A DNA stretch of 64,000 bases from Candidatus Argoarchaeum ethanivorans (GTDB lineage: Archaea; Halobacteriota; Methanosarcinia; Methanosarcinales; EX4572-44). A program made the position numbers and the translations under genes. Of the stretch, positions 1 to 9,636 are shown piece by piece. The DNA is taken from NCBI GenBank assembly GCA_905067555.1, contig CAJHIS010000002.1:3900-67899 (forward strand), read 5' to 3'. The notes under the pieces were generated by a model. The model saw only the letters and a list, made by a program, of their open reading frames with translations. It was not told where the DNA came from and made no database searches. Each line of letters begins with the position of its first letter. Within the stretch, counting starts at the first letter, position 1.

Positions 1-852
1 TACCGTGAATGCACAGGGAGTCTTATTCTCATACATTTGATTGCATGCCAGCACCTCTTCAACACCATGCTCGGCAAACAGCCACGGGTAATCAAAGCTC
101 CACGATACGCCAAATACCGATTCAGGGTCCACCACATAACTATCACTTGGGATACTGCCTTTTCCATCTAACAGGGTAAAATAGAAATTGCCACCACGAA
201 TCTCCTGAACCTCCGGAACATCGAGAGGAACCTGCTTCAGCTTAAAAAGAGGCATCCCGTCAATGACCTCCACCTCTTTCATCGCCTCGATATGCCTTGC
301 AATAATTTTGATGCAGCGCTGGGTCATGCCAAATGAGAGGATATGCGGCAGACCATCAAGAAGTTCTGCCCTCAATGGTTTACCATTCAAATTTTTGATA
401 CTGACCATTCGCACAAGCCCTGCAACAGGCAGGTTCACAAGAGGAAAAAAGTTAACAGATACCTGAAGACCAAGCGCACGATTGACCTCTTCTAACTCCA
501 AATCCCAGGCAGAAACAATCATCCTCTGGGAAACCATCTCGTCTTTTGACTGTTTGAACGGCTCATACAAAACCTCACCGTCCACCTTCAGAAAAGTCCT
601 GAACCCCTGGTTACCTACCATCTGGCAGGCTTTATTAAAGGAGAAAAACTCCATAATCGCATTATCCTTATCCCGTACCCCAATACTGGACACACACTGC
701 CCCCGGTTCACGTAATAAGCCCACAACGGAACACCCCACTTTCCGCCAATTCCCGGGAAAAAACTTGAAAACGGCTTAGCCCAGTTATAATTCTCAATAA
801 CAAATCGCTTCTCACTATCAAGATAATATCTAACGTTCTCTTCACTCACCAT
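1..852 (-). CDS. Conserved hypothetical protein, N-terminal 284 aa, open to the window edge. Tentatively glycoside phosphorylase/hydrolase-like (COG3459-type); the family call is weak.
   Basis: Absent from the ORF track because it has no stop in the window. Hand translation of the minus strand from ATG 852..850 gives MVSEENVRYYLDSEKRFVIENYNWAKPFSSFFPGIGGKWGVPLWAYYVNRGQ... with no stop down to nt 1. Confidence 0.6.
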   Translation of the reverse strand, partial: MVSEENVRYYLDSEKRFVIENYNWAKPFSSFFPGIGGKWGVPLWAYYVNRGQCVSSIGVRDKDNAIMEFFSFNKACQMVGNQGFRTFLKVDGEVLYEPFKQSKDEMVSQRMIVSAWDLELEEVNRALGLQVSVNFFPLVNLPVAGLVRMVSIKNLNGKPLRAELLDGLPHILSFGMTQRCIKIIARHIEAMKEVEVIDGMPLFKLKQVPLDVPEVQEIRGGNFYFTLLDGKGSIPSDSYVVDPESVFGVSWSFDYPWLFAEHGVEEVLACNQMYENKTPCAFTV

Positions 853-1078
853 AGACAAAACCAAACTGGTTTAATGCTTCTTATGGTTTATATATGATTT
901 TGGAGGCACCATCTGTCCTTCTGCTGACTCCATTTTTTCAGCCATTTTCCACAGGTTAGCCTCATTGCTGTAACATTTGATCATTTCTGGTTTATGATTG
1001 CTCTTTGTGCAGAGCTTTTTACCCCGGCTTCAGTACATTCTATGCCTTGATTCACCGCATAACTGTTTTTCGTAGCAG

Positions 1079-1915
1079 CTACAGGAATTTATACCACACG
1101 TTCATACTTTCAAGACGCCCTGATATGTTGGTGTTGTTCAGTAGTGTCCCACTGTATTGATACCCCATACTCGAGAATGTAATGTTCATGCCATAGGAGA
1201 TTGCGCGGGCAATGGTATATGAGAGTTTCAGCCCCAGCCGTCGCATCTCCTCTTCCATCACCGAAAGCAAAAATGTGGCAAGTCTGTTTCTGCGATACTC
1301 GGGAAGTGTCGCAAAGTCAGTCATCTCGACGTGACAATCCTCTTTGCATATCTCTGATGATGCCAGCGACACGATTTTTTCATCGCATTCCACTGCAAAG
1401 TAAACTACATTGTCAGCCATGGTTTCACGAAGATAGTTGGGGTCATGAATGGGAAATGGATACGTCTCAAATATATGGCGATACGCTTCAGCCATCTCTT
1501 CGGAATCGTCCGGTCGGCAAATCCGCCATCGCATTGGTTCAGGCAGGGTGGGAGAATCTGCCAATGCGGTTTTTTCCTCTGCCGTTTTCAGAACAGACTG
1601 TATCATTTCCTGATCAGAAGAGTTCTGGCGATTCTTTTGCAGGAATTTTCCAAGAAAAAGACCCGTTTCTTCACCATCGTAAAAAGATGGGATGCGGGCT
1701 TCTACTTTGTAATCATTTTTACGAAACAGCGAACCTGCTGACTCCGGGACTTTCACAAATATCTTTGAGTACCGATGGTACCCAGCAAGATTGTTTAAGC
1801 GGTTTACAATATCCGGATAATCTCTGCACGATAATTTCATCAGGTAAATTCTATCATTGAACGTTCCGTGCTGGATATATGAATTTCCGAGCTTCTCAAC
1901 TTTGTCTGGCATCAC
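1079..1915 (-). CDS. ablB: Beta-lysine N6-acetyltransferase (GNAT), AblB
   Basis: 278-aa ORF with a C-terminal GNAT-like region. It overlaps the stop of the upstream lysine 2,3-aminomutase gene by 4 nt, the classic ablAB arrangement of methanogens. Confidence 0.8.
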   Translation of the reverse strand: MMPDKVEKLGNSYIQHGTFNDRIYLMKLSCRDYPDIVNRLNNLAGYHRYSKIFVKVPESAGSLFRKNDYKVEARIPSFYDGEETGLFLGKFLQKNRQNSSDQEMIQSVLKTAEEKTALADSPTLPEPMRWRICRPDDSEEMAEAYRHIFETYPFPIHDPNYLRETMADNVVYFAVECDEKIVSLASSEICKEDCHVEMTDFATLPEYRRNRLATFLLSVMEEEMRRLGLKLSYTIARAISYGMNITFSSMGYQYSGTLLNNTNISGRLESMNVWYKFL

Positions 1916-3225
1916 TGGTCATTTCTTCTTTTCATTCTATCTGTATTCATCGGGACAAGAGATATGGTCTTATCATGATCTGCCAGTAACTTCTCGATAC
2001 CAACTGCCTTGTATTCATCAGCCGGGTCCAGTTCCAATTGCAACTGGCATTCATCGCAATTTCTATCGCAAAAAGTTGGTTCATAAGAATCAGGCTCTTT
2101 GTACGAGGTGATGACCCCTTCATAATTTCTCAGGATGACTTTGTTGGTGGACCATGATATCAAATACTGAGGCGTAATGCGGATCTTCCCGCCCCCACCC
2201 GGCGCATCGATCACATACTCTGGTACGGCAAAGCCGCTCGTGTGCCCGATCAGGGACTCGATGATCTCTATACCCTTACCAACAGGGGTGCGGAAATGAG
2301 TCAATCCCTCAGATAGATCGCATTGATATAAGTAATAAGGTCTGATTCTGTTTTGAACCATTTTTTGCACCAGTTTCTTTATCAGTATGGGGCAGTCGTT
2401 CACGCCTGCCAGTAGGACTGATTGGTTACCAAGTGGTATCCCTGCATCTGCCAGCATACTGAGCGCTTCTCTTGAAGAGGCTGTCACCTCTCGTGGGTGG
2501 TTGAACTGGGTATTGATCCATATTGGATGGTGTTTTTTGAGCATATTTACCAGATCATAGGTTATACGATAAGGCAGGACTACAGGCATTCTGGTTCCTA
2601 TCCTGATCACCTCGACATGCGAAATCGTCTGTAGCTCGGTAAGAATCCAATCAAGATAGTCATCTGATAACATCAGCGGGTCTCCGCCCGAAAGCAAGAC
2701 ATCCCTGACCGCGGGTGTGTTTTTGATGTACTCAATCCCTTTTAGTACCTCAGATCTGTTCGGAATAGAATCCACATCGCCAACTCGCCGCTTCCGTGTA
2801 CAATGACGGCAGTACATGCCACAGATATTGCTTATGAGAAAGAGTACCCGATCCGGGTATCTATGGGTGATTCCCGGGACCGGACTGTCTGTATCCTCCG
2901 CGAGCGAGTCTTTTATATCATATTTACTAATAATCAATTCACGAGGGTCAGGAAATGCCTGTATAAATATCGGGTCATTCTTGTAGTCATCGAAATCGAT
3001 CAACGATAGGTAATAAGGAGTGATAGAGAGCGGGAATTTTTCAAGAACTTTTTCATAGACCTGTTTCTCTTCTTCATCGAATTTGATGGAGGTAATATCT
3101 TCAAACGTATCGATATCCTTTATGGCATGGCTCAATTGCCATTTATAGTTCTTCCAGTTAGAATGGCTCGCATCGTCTGCTATTGTTTCAGAAATTTCCT
3201 TCTGTTTTTCAGTATATATTTCCAT
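1912..3225 (-). CDS. ablA: Lysine 2,3-aminomutase (radical SAM), AblA/KamA
   Basis: 437 aa with the radical-SAM motif [12 protein letters not shown] and KamA-like regions ([13 protein letters not shown]). Confidence 0.9.
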   Translation of the reverse strand: MEIYTEKQKEISETIADDASHSNWKNYKWQLSHAIKDIDTFEDITSIKFDEEEKQVYEKVLEKFPLSITPYYLSLIDFDDYKNDPIFIQAFPDPRELIISKYDIKDSLAEDTDSPVPGITHRYPDRVLFLISNICGMYCRHCTRKRRVGDVDSIPNRSEVLKGIEYIKNTPAVRDVLLSGGDPLMLSDDYLDWILTELQTISHVEVIRIGTRMPVVLPYRITYDLVNMLKKHHPIWINTQFNHPREVTASSREALSMLADAGIPLGNQSVLLAGVNDCPILIKKLVQKMVQNRIRPYYLYQCDLSEGLTHFRTPVGKGIEIIESLIGHTSGFAVPEYVIDAPGGGGKIRITPQYLISWSTNKVILRNYEGVITSYKEPDSYEPTFCDRNCDECQLQLELDPADEYKAVGIEKLLADHDKTISLVPMNTDRMKRRNDQ

Positions 3226-3683
3226 TTGTTCACCTTCTGTTCGAGATTATATGATTTTATCTTAATTTATATATTATTTCAAAATTAATATGAATATCAT
3301 TTTTTTCGTCGTGTTTAAATACTACATCCCCATACGAGCCAAGATCCAACATAATCATTCAAAATCAAAGGTGTTTGTTGATCCGGGCTCTGCACAGTCT
3401 GTCTTAGTACTAAAATTGCCTGGCTTAAACTGGTTTTTTCAGAGTTAAGGGTTTAACATCGAGTTCCCCGGTATCTTTCAGTGCTTAAAATTCTTGATAT
3501 GTATCTTATTGAACGCCATATACAGCTACTGCTAAATGGCTTATCACATATAATTTATTCCCCAGCTATAGACTGCAAACTCCACTGGTTGTTATATTTA
3601 CCTATCTGATCTCTGCCATCCTTTTTTCGTTTGGCTGTTCCTGAAACAACTTTATTAATAAACAGAATACAACATGCTGTAAC

Positions 3684-3965
3684 ATGAAGAAATGCGTGCA
3701 TATATTTGTCCATGGTCTTGTGCAGGGTGTGTGTTTCAGAGCCTACACAGAGAAGCAGGCAATGAATCTCAACCTCACAGGCTGGGTGCGGAATCGAAGG
3801 GATGGGCGTGTTGAAATAATGGCAGAAGGAAGCGAACCAGAGCTTAAAGAGTTTATAGACTGGTGCAGCGTCGGAGCTCCACACTCACGCGTCGATACTG
3901 TAGATATATCATGGGTTCAGTGTGAACAGGATTTTAACACATTTGATGTGACTCAAACCAAATAG
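3684..3965 (+). CDS. acyP: Acylphosphatase
   Basis: 93 aa with VHGLVQGVCFRAYT and GWVRNRRDGRVE, typical acylphosphatase signatures. Confidence 0.85.
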   Translation: MKKCVHIFVHGLVQGVCFRAYTEKQAMNLNLTGWVRNRRDGRVEIMAEGSEPELKEFIDWCSVGAPHSRVDTVDISWVQCEQDFNTFDVTQTK

Positions 3966-4003
3966 GAATAATAATAGAGAGCTGCTCACGTTGTGTGCGG
4001 TTC

Positions 4004-4022
4004 TGCACAACGAAGTTGTGCA
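4004..4022. repeat. Palindromic hairpin repeat, type A (tgcacaac-gaa-gttgtgca)
   Basis: Perfect 8-bp arms around a 3-nt centre, just downstream of the acyP stop. The same sequence recurs at many other intergenic sites in this window. Confidence 0.85.
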
Positions 4023-4126
4023 GTTTGAAGAATATCCCCTAAGTAGCCGCGCACGAATAACCTGAACATTTAAGGTAATATATCTCGAAACTACTTCCTG
4101 CCAACCCATTTCATCACAAAATTAAC

Positions 4127-4163
4127 AATCTCCGTGTCTCTCCGTGTACTCTGTGGTTTAATC
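4127..4163 (+). repeat. 10-bp-phased CTNGTG motif cluster (aatctccgtg tctctccgtg tactctgtgg ttt), site 1 of 4
   Basis: Three phased units followed by a T/A-rich run. The last unit is one arm of an 11-bp inverted repeat, ctctgtggttt (4149-4159) / aaaccacagag (4199-4209). Similar clusters occur at 15611, 31361 and 49681. Confidence 0.6.
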
Positions 4164-4351
4164 TATAAGATAATTTAAATAATATATCCTGAGAAATAAA
4201 ACCACAGAGGCAGAGAAAAGATGGATCAATCACACAATCAGGAGATTGAACTGTGACGACATCACAGGAGATCAACAACTTTATACATTATTACAATACA
4301 ATAGCTTGTGACAGAACATCCAGAATGCTGATACATGAAAGTCAAGTTAAA

Positions 4352-4965
4352 ATGATGAAAACTGCACTATTTATTCCAGTCGCACTGATGCTCGTGTTTT
4401 TCGCACCTCTTTCAGGTGCAGAAGTAATGACATTAAACGTGAGCCCACTGGTAGTTGACACTGGCGATTTGATGATATTTACTTCCCTGAAGGCGAAAAA
4501 AAATTTTCTGTGACTGCTGAAAATATAAAAAATCTTGATGTAACCTTGTATCCAGCACCCTTTTGGAGTACTATCAAAATCAATTGTTCCGGGCAAAACA
4601 TGACAACCACGGTTCTTGGAAAAACAATTACAACGCCACTAGATCAATCAATAGATGAAACTGGCTCTGTAAGTTTTTCCATGTCATTTCCAATAGAGAT
4701 ATTTGGAATGAGTCTTGATTTCTTTGGTGAGAAAGATATTACTGTCTCAGGAGATGCGGCAGATGGTGCATTAACTGTAAACTTAAAGCTTGCAGCTTGT
4801 CTTCGCGGGGATATGGACTGTGATGACGAAATCACTTCTACAGATGCCGCAATTACACTGCAACATGCGGTCAGTGGTGAATATGACACCATTGCTGATG
4901 TCAGTGGCAATGGAAGAGTTACATCACTCGACGCACTCATGATCTTGCAGATGGCTGATAGGTGA
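4352..4965 (+). pseudogene. Secreted dockerin-domain protein, split over two frames (signal-peptide ORF to 4513, dockerin ORF from 4510). Apparent -1 frameshift at an A8 tract.
   Basis: ORF1 carries the signal peptide MMKTALFIPVALMLVFFAPLSGAEV and stops at 4513. The second frame is open from 4459 and ends in a dockerin-like repeat (GDMDCDDEITSTDAAITLQ...DVSGNGRVTSLDALMILQ). The A8 run lies at 4496-4503. Confidence 0.6.
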
Positions 4966-5092
4966 TAGACTTAGACGTTCTCGTTATTAGCACTTTAATT
5001 AAGAGGGGGGCAAAATGGGAAATATAAACGCATTCGTTTATCTTGCTCTTTGAAATTTGATATCATGCGCCATTTCTACCAATGGAACTCAA

Positions 5093-6343
5093 TTATTTTT
5101 TTCTCTTTTTATATAATACAATTCCAACTACCAGAGCCGCCGCTATAATAATTACTATTGGAAGCAGTAGCGATGTAGATGATTCTTTTGCCGGACAAAC
5201 TACCAGTTGTGCTGTTCGTGAGAATAATACAACGGTGTCCTTGTTTGTCTCAACTCCCCGCAGTTCCACATCAAGGAGGTATTTTTTTGGAGGTGCATCT
5301 TCTTTGACCTGCACGCGTATCAACGCTTCACCACTTTCTCCCGGTTTAAGTTTTCCTATGAAGTCTGATTTTTCATCAAAATCAAACGGTTGTGTCGAAT
5401 CCTTGAACACGCGAAGGCTTGCTGCATCAACTTCCTCGCTTCCAGTGTTTTTAACGTTGATTAGAAGACTTACGTATGTGCCAGGATATACTTCTGCCGG
5501 GCTTGTTTTTACTGATTCTATCACCAGATAGGGTGAGCCTTTAATTGGAATGTTAAGAGGCAGGAGTTTTGTTCTGTACTGGTTGTCTTCATCGTCATCT
5601 TCTTTGTAAGTGATGGTGATTGTGGCATTATACTCACCTGGTTGAAGTCCTTCCGCTGTGTCGATGTAGAAGTATGCAGTTTTACTTTCACTTTCATTGA
5701 TTGTGCCAAGTGCATCTTCATCAGAGTATGCATAGCTTGCATCAAAACCTTCTGGCAAAGAGAGCGCTATCTTCACGTTCTCTGCATCTTCACTTCCTAT
5801 ATTTGCAATGTCAACTTTGAGTAATGCTTCATCTGTATCCTGCACGAGGCGTTCCGGTGAGGTACGAAGCGCTCCGATTGTAAAATCCGGTTTGCTTGGG
5901 TCTACGTAAAGTGTGAAGTATTTTTCAGTATAACCCCCGCTGCCGTCATTCCAACGCAGGCTTACATTATGTTCGCCTTTAAGAGCATCACCTGCCACCT
6001 TGAGCTTGTAGTGAAGCACATAGTACTCTTCCATTTCATTGCTTGGAACAACTCTGCCAAGACTTTTTTTTGGACTATCTCCTGCCTCGAAGAGAAATGG
6101 ATAGCCTGCATCGAGGTAGAATTCAAGTTCATCGATCGTTCCAATCTTGGTTACAACAACCCTCCAGCGAAGGTCAAGGTATTTACCAGAGTCTGCCGGG
6201 TCAGGATCCTGGTTCATAAGGTACACGTGGACAGTGCTTCCAACTTTCCCAGTAATTGGAGTGCTTTCTGCCGGTAGAGCAAGAATGCTCATGCAGAAAA
6301 CCAGTACAAGGATTGTTAATATTTTGTTTAATACTTTTTTCAT
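5093..6343 (-). CDS. Cell-surface protein with repeated CARDB/S-layer-like beta-sandwich domains (COG1361-like), signal peptide and C-terminal TM anchor
   Basis: 416 aa with an N-terminal signal sequence (MKKVLNKILTILVLVFCMSILALPA) and repeated motifs such as ...V.N.GSE.A.NV. The C terminus is hydrophobic followed by KKRKK. It is the last gene of an operon with two RND-type exporter halves. Confidence 0.65.
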   Translation of the reverse strand: MKKVLNKILTILVLVFCMSILALPAESTPITGKVGSTVHVYLMNQDPDPADSGKYLDLRWRVVVTKIGTIDELEFYLDAGYPFLFEAGDSPKKSLGRVVPSNEMEEYYVLHYKLKVAGDALKGEHNVSLRWNDGSGGYTEKYFTLYVDPSKPDFTIGALRTSPERLVQDTDEALLKVDIANIGSEDAENVKIALSLPEGFDASYAYSDEDALGTINESESKTAYFYIDTAEGLQPGEYNATITITYKEDDDEDNQYRTKLLPLNIPIKGSPYLVIESVKTSPAEVYPGTYVSLLINVKNTGSEEVDAASLRVFKDSTQPFDFDEKSDFIGKLKPGESGEALIRVQVKEDAPPKKYLLDVELRGVETNKDTVVLFSRTAQLVVCPAKESSTSLLLPIVIIIAAALVVGIVLYKKRKK

Positions 6344-6357
6344 AATACATCTCCATT

Positions 6358-7500
6358 TTAATTTTTTGTAAATATTGTAAATATTTTGGATATACTCAGG
6401 GTGTCAGCTATTAATATAAAGGATGGTACAGCTGTTATCGCTGCCACCATACATGCAGCTACACCATAGCTCATCATCGTACCCATAGCTCCCATGAAAG
6501 TTAGCTGTCCCATCGACATTGCCTGGAAACCGATAAGTGCGGCAAGTGTTGTGGTAGACATTGGCATAATCACTCTACTTAGTGTGAGTTCCATTGCATC
6601 TGTGGGAAGTTGATGTGCACGTTCAAAGCGATAGCGAGTTGTTACCTGTATGCCAAAGTCGATGCCGATGCCCATGATCATGGAAATCACCCCTGATGTA
6701 TTTGATGATAAACCCATGCCTGTAAGTCCAACATAACCCATTGCCCACAGCGTTCCAAACAAAATGGTAGTAAGTGGGATGAATCCATATTTGGGGGATC
6801 GAAACAGCACCAGAACGACAATAAGAATTCCTATCAGCGAATAAGTGGAAGTTCGTTTCATATCCGGCTTAATAGCTTTTTCCATCGCCTGTCCTTCCAT
6901 TGATGCCCCGCCAAGACTCATTTTTATCCCGGCAGGGTGTGGCGTGGCTTGTATGATTTTTTCAAGCTCAATCTCGATATTCTTAAGGTTCGCATCAATA
7001 TCTATTAAACGTATCTTAACAAGAGACATTGTGTAATCATCGCTGATATACCCATCCAGCAATCCATTTTTACTGGTGAGTTCCCTGACTTTTCTAAGAG
7101 ATTGCGGAAGCCTTCCATCATTGATACTTTTTATCGTCGTTGAGGCACTTGAAACTTCCATCACATCTTCCGTATGCCTGGCTAACTGTGAGATTTGCTC
7201 AACATACCGTAGTATCTGCGGATCACGAAGATCTCTTATTTCATCTGAGCCACTGTATGCAGGGTCTACCTCAATTACGATATATATAAAGTTTACGCTT
7301 CCAAACTTATCCTCTATATCAAACAGTGTAGCAATAGCCTCGATATCTTCTGGAAGGTAGTCTTTAAGATCAGCTTTTTCAGTTGTAACAGTGCCAATCA
7401 TCACAAATGCGAAGAAAGATAACAGTATGACAAACAGCAGTATAAGATATGGGTGGTGTGCAACAAAGTGAGCATATCTATCAATATAGTCCTGTATCAT
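6358..7500 (-). CDS. RND/MMPL-superfamily exporter, half-size subunit (COG1033-type)
   Basis: 380 aa with one N-terminal TM segment, a large soluble loop and then a block of about 5 TM segments. It overlaps the upstream paralog by 4 nt. Confidence 0.7.
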   Translation of the reverse strand: MIQDYIDRYAHFVAHHPYLILLFVILLSFFAFVMIGTVTTEKADLKDYLPEDIEAIATLFDIEDKFGSVNFIYIVIEVDPAYSGSDEIRDLRDPQILRYVEQISQLARHTEDVMEVSSASTTIKSINDGRLPQSLRKVRELTSKNGLLDGYISDDYTMSLVKIRLIDIDANLKNIEIELEKIIQATPHPAGIKMSLGGASMEGQAMEKAIKPDMKRTSTYSLIGILIVVLVLFRSPKYGFIPLTTILFGTLWAMGYVGLTGMGLSSNTSGVISMIMGIGIDFGIQVTTRYRFERAHQLPTDAMELTLSRVIMPMSTTTLAALIGFQAMSMGQLTFMGAMGTMMSYGVAACMVAAITAVPSFILIADTLSISKIFTIFTKN

Positions 7501-8678
7501 CTGGGTCGCCTCACATGTATTTCCCGTTTAGCAGCAAACCTTTTTAACAACTTTTCAGTTCTGTGATGCTCGAAGTCTTCTTCAAGTATCATGAGCACCG
7601 GATTAGCAAAAAGTGCAGCCATGAGCGAATAGAAAATCCCGAGTGCAAGGGTCTGCCCAAGATGCTGCATCATTGGCACAGAGGAAAATGACAGCACACC
7701 AAAACCTACAATAGTGGTTAAACCTGAACCTATAATTGCTGTGCCAATCCCGTGAACAGCAGTTTCAACCGAGTCGCTCTGGTTTCGTCCCTTGTCTCGT
7801 TCCTCCTTGTATCTTGTAACCATAAACACGCCGTATTCCACTCCGAGCCCAAGGATCATTGAACTTAAACATACCGTGGCAATAGAAAGTGGTATGCCAA
7901 GCCAACCAAGTGTGCCCATTGTCCAGATAAGTCCAAGCGAAAGTGGGATAAATATTAGCAGTCCACGTGTGAAGGACTGCTCCATCACAAACAGCAACAA
8001 TAGTATAATGCACGCTGCAATCAACAATGTGGTTAAAGCATCACTTTTCAAAAGATCAAAGATAGAGACACGAAGAACAGGACTTCCGGTGGTGCCAAAC
8101 TTTACCCCGGGGGGCTTTGGAGTGTAATCAATCTTCTCATGTACGATATCAATAAAACTTTGAATCTTTACATCATCAGAACCAATATCTGCTGAGACAT
8201 ACATCAAAGTCATGCGATAATCGCGACTAAAAAACTTTTCAATCGCTGGATTCTTTTCAATCACCAGTGAGACATTATCATCTGATATCTCATCCATGGA
8301 ACGGAAAAAACTTGCAGGAGAAGTGACACTTTGAACCATGCTCTCATCCCTGAGACTCTCGTCCAGAAACAAAAGAGATTCTATTACCTGTGAATCGCGT
8401 ATGTCACGCACCGCTTTTTTGGAATTTACAGACTCGTCAATCTTTACCGCAATTACAACCGTATCCTGTCCGCCGAACTTATCATTTATCCTGTCATTCA
8501 ACTTGAAGATTGGAAGATCTCCTGGCATCTCAGAACGCACATCTGAGTTAATCGTCATATCCTTGAGCCCGCTACCAAGTAAGATCGTTATTAGAATTAT
8601 AATTACCATAAGCTCGCGCGTGTACTTTTTTTGACACCGTGCAATTGCTATTAAGACTTTATCGAAGAGTGTTGGCAT
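7497..8678 (-). CDS. RND/MMPL-superfamily exporter, half-size subunit (COG1033-type)
   Basis: 393 aa with the same architecture as 6358..7500 (a paralogous half). ATGA-type overlap with the next gene. Confidence 0.7.
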   Translation of the reverse strand: MPTLFDKVLIAIARCQKKYTRELMVIIILITILLGSGLKDMTINSDVRSEMPGDLPIFKLNDRINDKFGGQDTVVIAVKIDESVNSKKAVRDIRDSQVIESLLFLDESLRDESMVQSVTSPASFFRSMDEISDDNVSLVIEKNPAIEKFFSRDYRMTLMYVSADIGSDDVKIQSFIDIVHEKIDYTPKPPGVKFGTTGSPVLRVSIFDLLKSDALTTLLIAACIILLLLFVMEQSFTRGLLIFIPLSLGLIWTMGTLGWLGIPLSIATVCLSSMILGLGVEYGVFMVTRYKEERDKGRNQSDSVETAVHGIGTAIIGSGLTTIVGFGVLSFSSVPMMQHLGQTLALGIFYSLMAALFANPVLMILEEDFEHHRTEKLLKRFAAKREIHVRRPR

Positions 8679-8783
8679 TTCGTCTATCCATTAGAAAACT
8701 TATTATATCAAAGCGATACATCACATAGTAATTGCACATATTTAAAATTATGTGCTAAAAATTCGCAATAATCAGGTGTAATC

Positions 8784-9251
8784 ATGCTGGATGAAGTTGA
8801 CAGAAAGATCATAATGTTGCTGCAGGAAAACGGGCGAATCACAGATGTTGAACTTTCAAAAAAAATTGGCGTCTCACATGACACAGCAAAAAGACGGCGT
8901 CTAAAACTCGAAGAAGAAGGATACATGAAAATTCAGGCACTGATGAACCCATGCAGGTTCGGATACACCAGTGTCTTCTTACTTGGGATAAAACTCATAC
9001 CAGGTGCGGATGTCAGAAAAACAGCAGAAAAACTTGCAGCACATCGTGATTTCGTTTTCGTAGCCCTCTCACTTGGACCAACACACGCGATAATTGCAGT
9101 CTGCATGGCACAGGATCAGCTCACCTTAACCAGACTCACAGAGAGGCTTCGCACATGGAAGGAGATCGCAGAGATCGATATGAACATCATCTACGAAGTA
9201 CTGAAGGAAACATTCCACACTATACCTGTAAACAACGTAAACTCCATCTAA
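8784..9251 (+). CDS. Lrp/AsnC family transcriptional regulator
   Basis: 155 aa with MLDEVDRKIIMLLQENGRITDVELSKKIGVSHDTAKRRRLKLEEEGY, the HTH_AsnC pattern. Divergent from the exporter operon. Confidence 0.85.
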   Translation: MLDEVDRKIIMLLQENGRITDVELSKKIGVSHDTAKRRRLKLEEEGYMKIQALMNPCRFGYTSVFLLGIKLIPGADVRKTAEKLAAHRDFVFVALSLGPTHAIIAVCMAQDQLTLTRLTERLRTWKEIAEIDMNIIYEVLKETFHTIPVNNVNSI

Positions 9252-9438
9252 TGGAGTTGTGTTTCTTCCTTCAACGATGACACCTGTAGACACCTGAATC
9301 AAACGACCGGGGAAACCAGCCACGAGGTTACTATGAGCCCCAGGAGACAGAACCGGTTTCCATAAAGTTGTTATTTCTAAGCACGTTGTGTGCAGAACAC
9401 AATATTTAATAAAGGTATAATATATTCACTTAAGTGGT

Positions 9439-9509
9439 ATTCCGATAGGGTAGCGGATATCCTTGAAGCCTGCGAAGCCTCAGACCCGGGTTCAAGTCCG
9501 GTTGGGACT
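9439..9509 (+). tRNA. tRNA-Arg(GCG)-like gene with non-canonical features (possible pseudogene or a homopolymer assembly error)
   Basis: Hand fold: acceptor ATTCCGA/TTGGGAC (6 of 7 pairs, A1.C72 mismatch); D arm GGGT-AGCGGAT-ATCC; anticodon arm GAAGC-CTGCGAA-GCCTC (one A.C mismatch, U33 present, anticodon GCG). The T loop GGTTCAAGTCC is present, but the 3' T-stem strand is one C short (CCGGG...CCGG). A TATA-like tataatatat lies about 20 nt upstream. Confidence 0.45.
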
Positions 9510-9636
9510 ACAGGCTTTACATTGGATAAACCTCTTTGCACAGGGGCCCATAGAATAAGCATTCCCATGATACACCCGGCTGCACAACTTAAATGACATA
9601 ATATCAATCATTAAATCAAAAGAGATGACCTAAACA

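Noticed and set aside
860-1078. A 37-aa minus-strand ORF (MIKCYSNEANLWKMAEKMESAEGQMVPPKSYINHKKH) between the first gene and ablB.
   Set aside because: It is too short and featureless to support without conservation data.
1201-1860. A 219-aa plus-strand ORF, along with many similar long antisense ORFs (for example 22200..22751, 53370..54035, 10244..10723, 29607..30074, 38176..38604, 45413..45841).
   Set aside because: They lie entirely antisense to well-supported genes (ablB, rfcS, cdc48, the MinD-like gene, aRF1, the kinase gene and cobT). Their Ser/Pro/Cys-rich composition is typical of shadow ORFs.
3555-3884. A 109-aa minus-strand ORF upstream of and antisense to acyP.
   Set aside because: It overlaps the well-supported acylphosphatase gene on the opposite strand and has no recognisable motifs.
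9377-9607. ORFs on both strands (76 aa and 68 aa) in the AsnC-MinD intergenic region.
   Set aside because: They overlap the tRNA-like gene and each other, and show no coding features.
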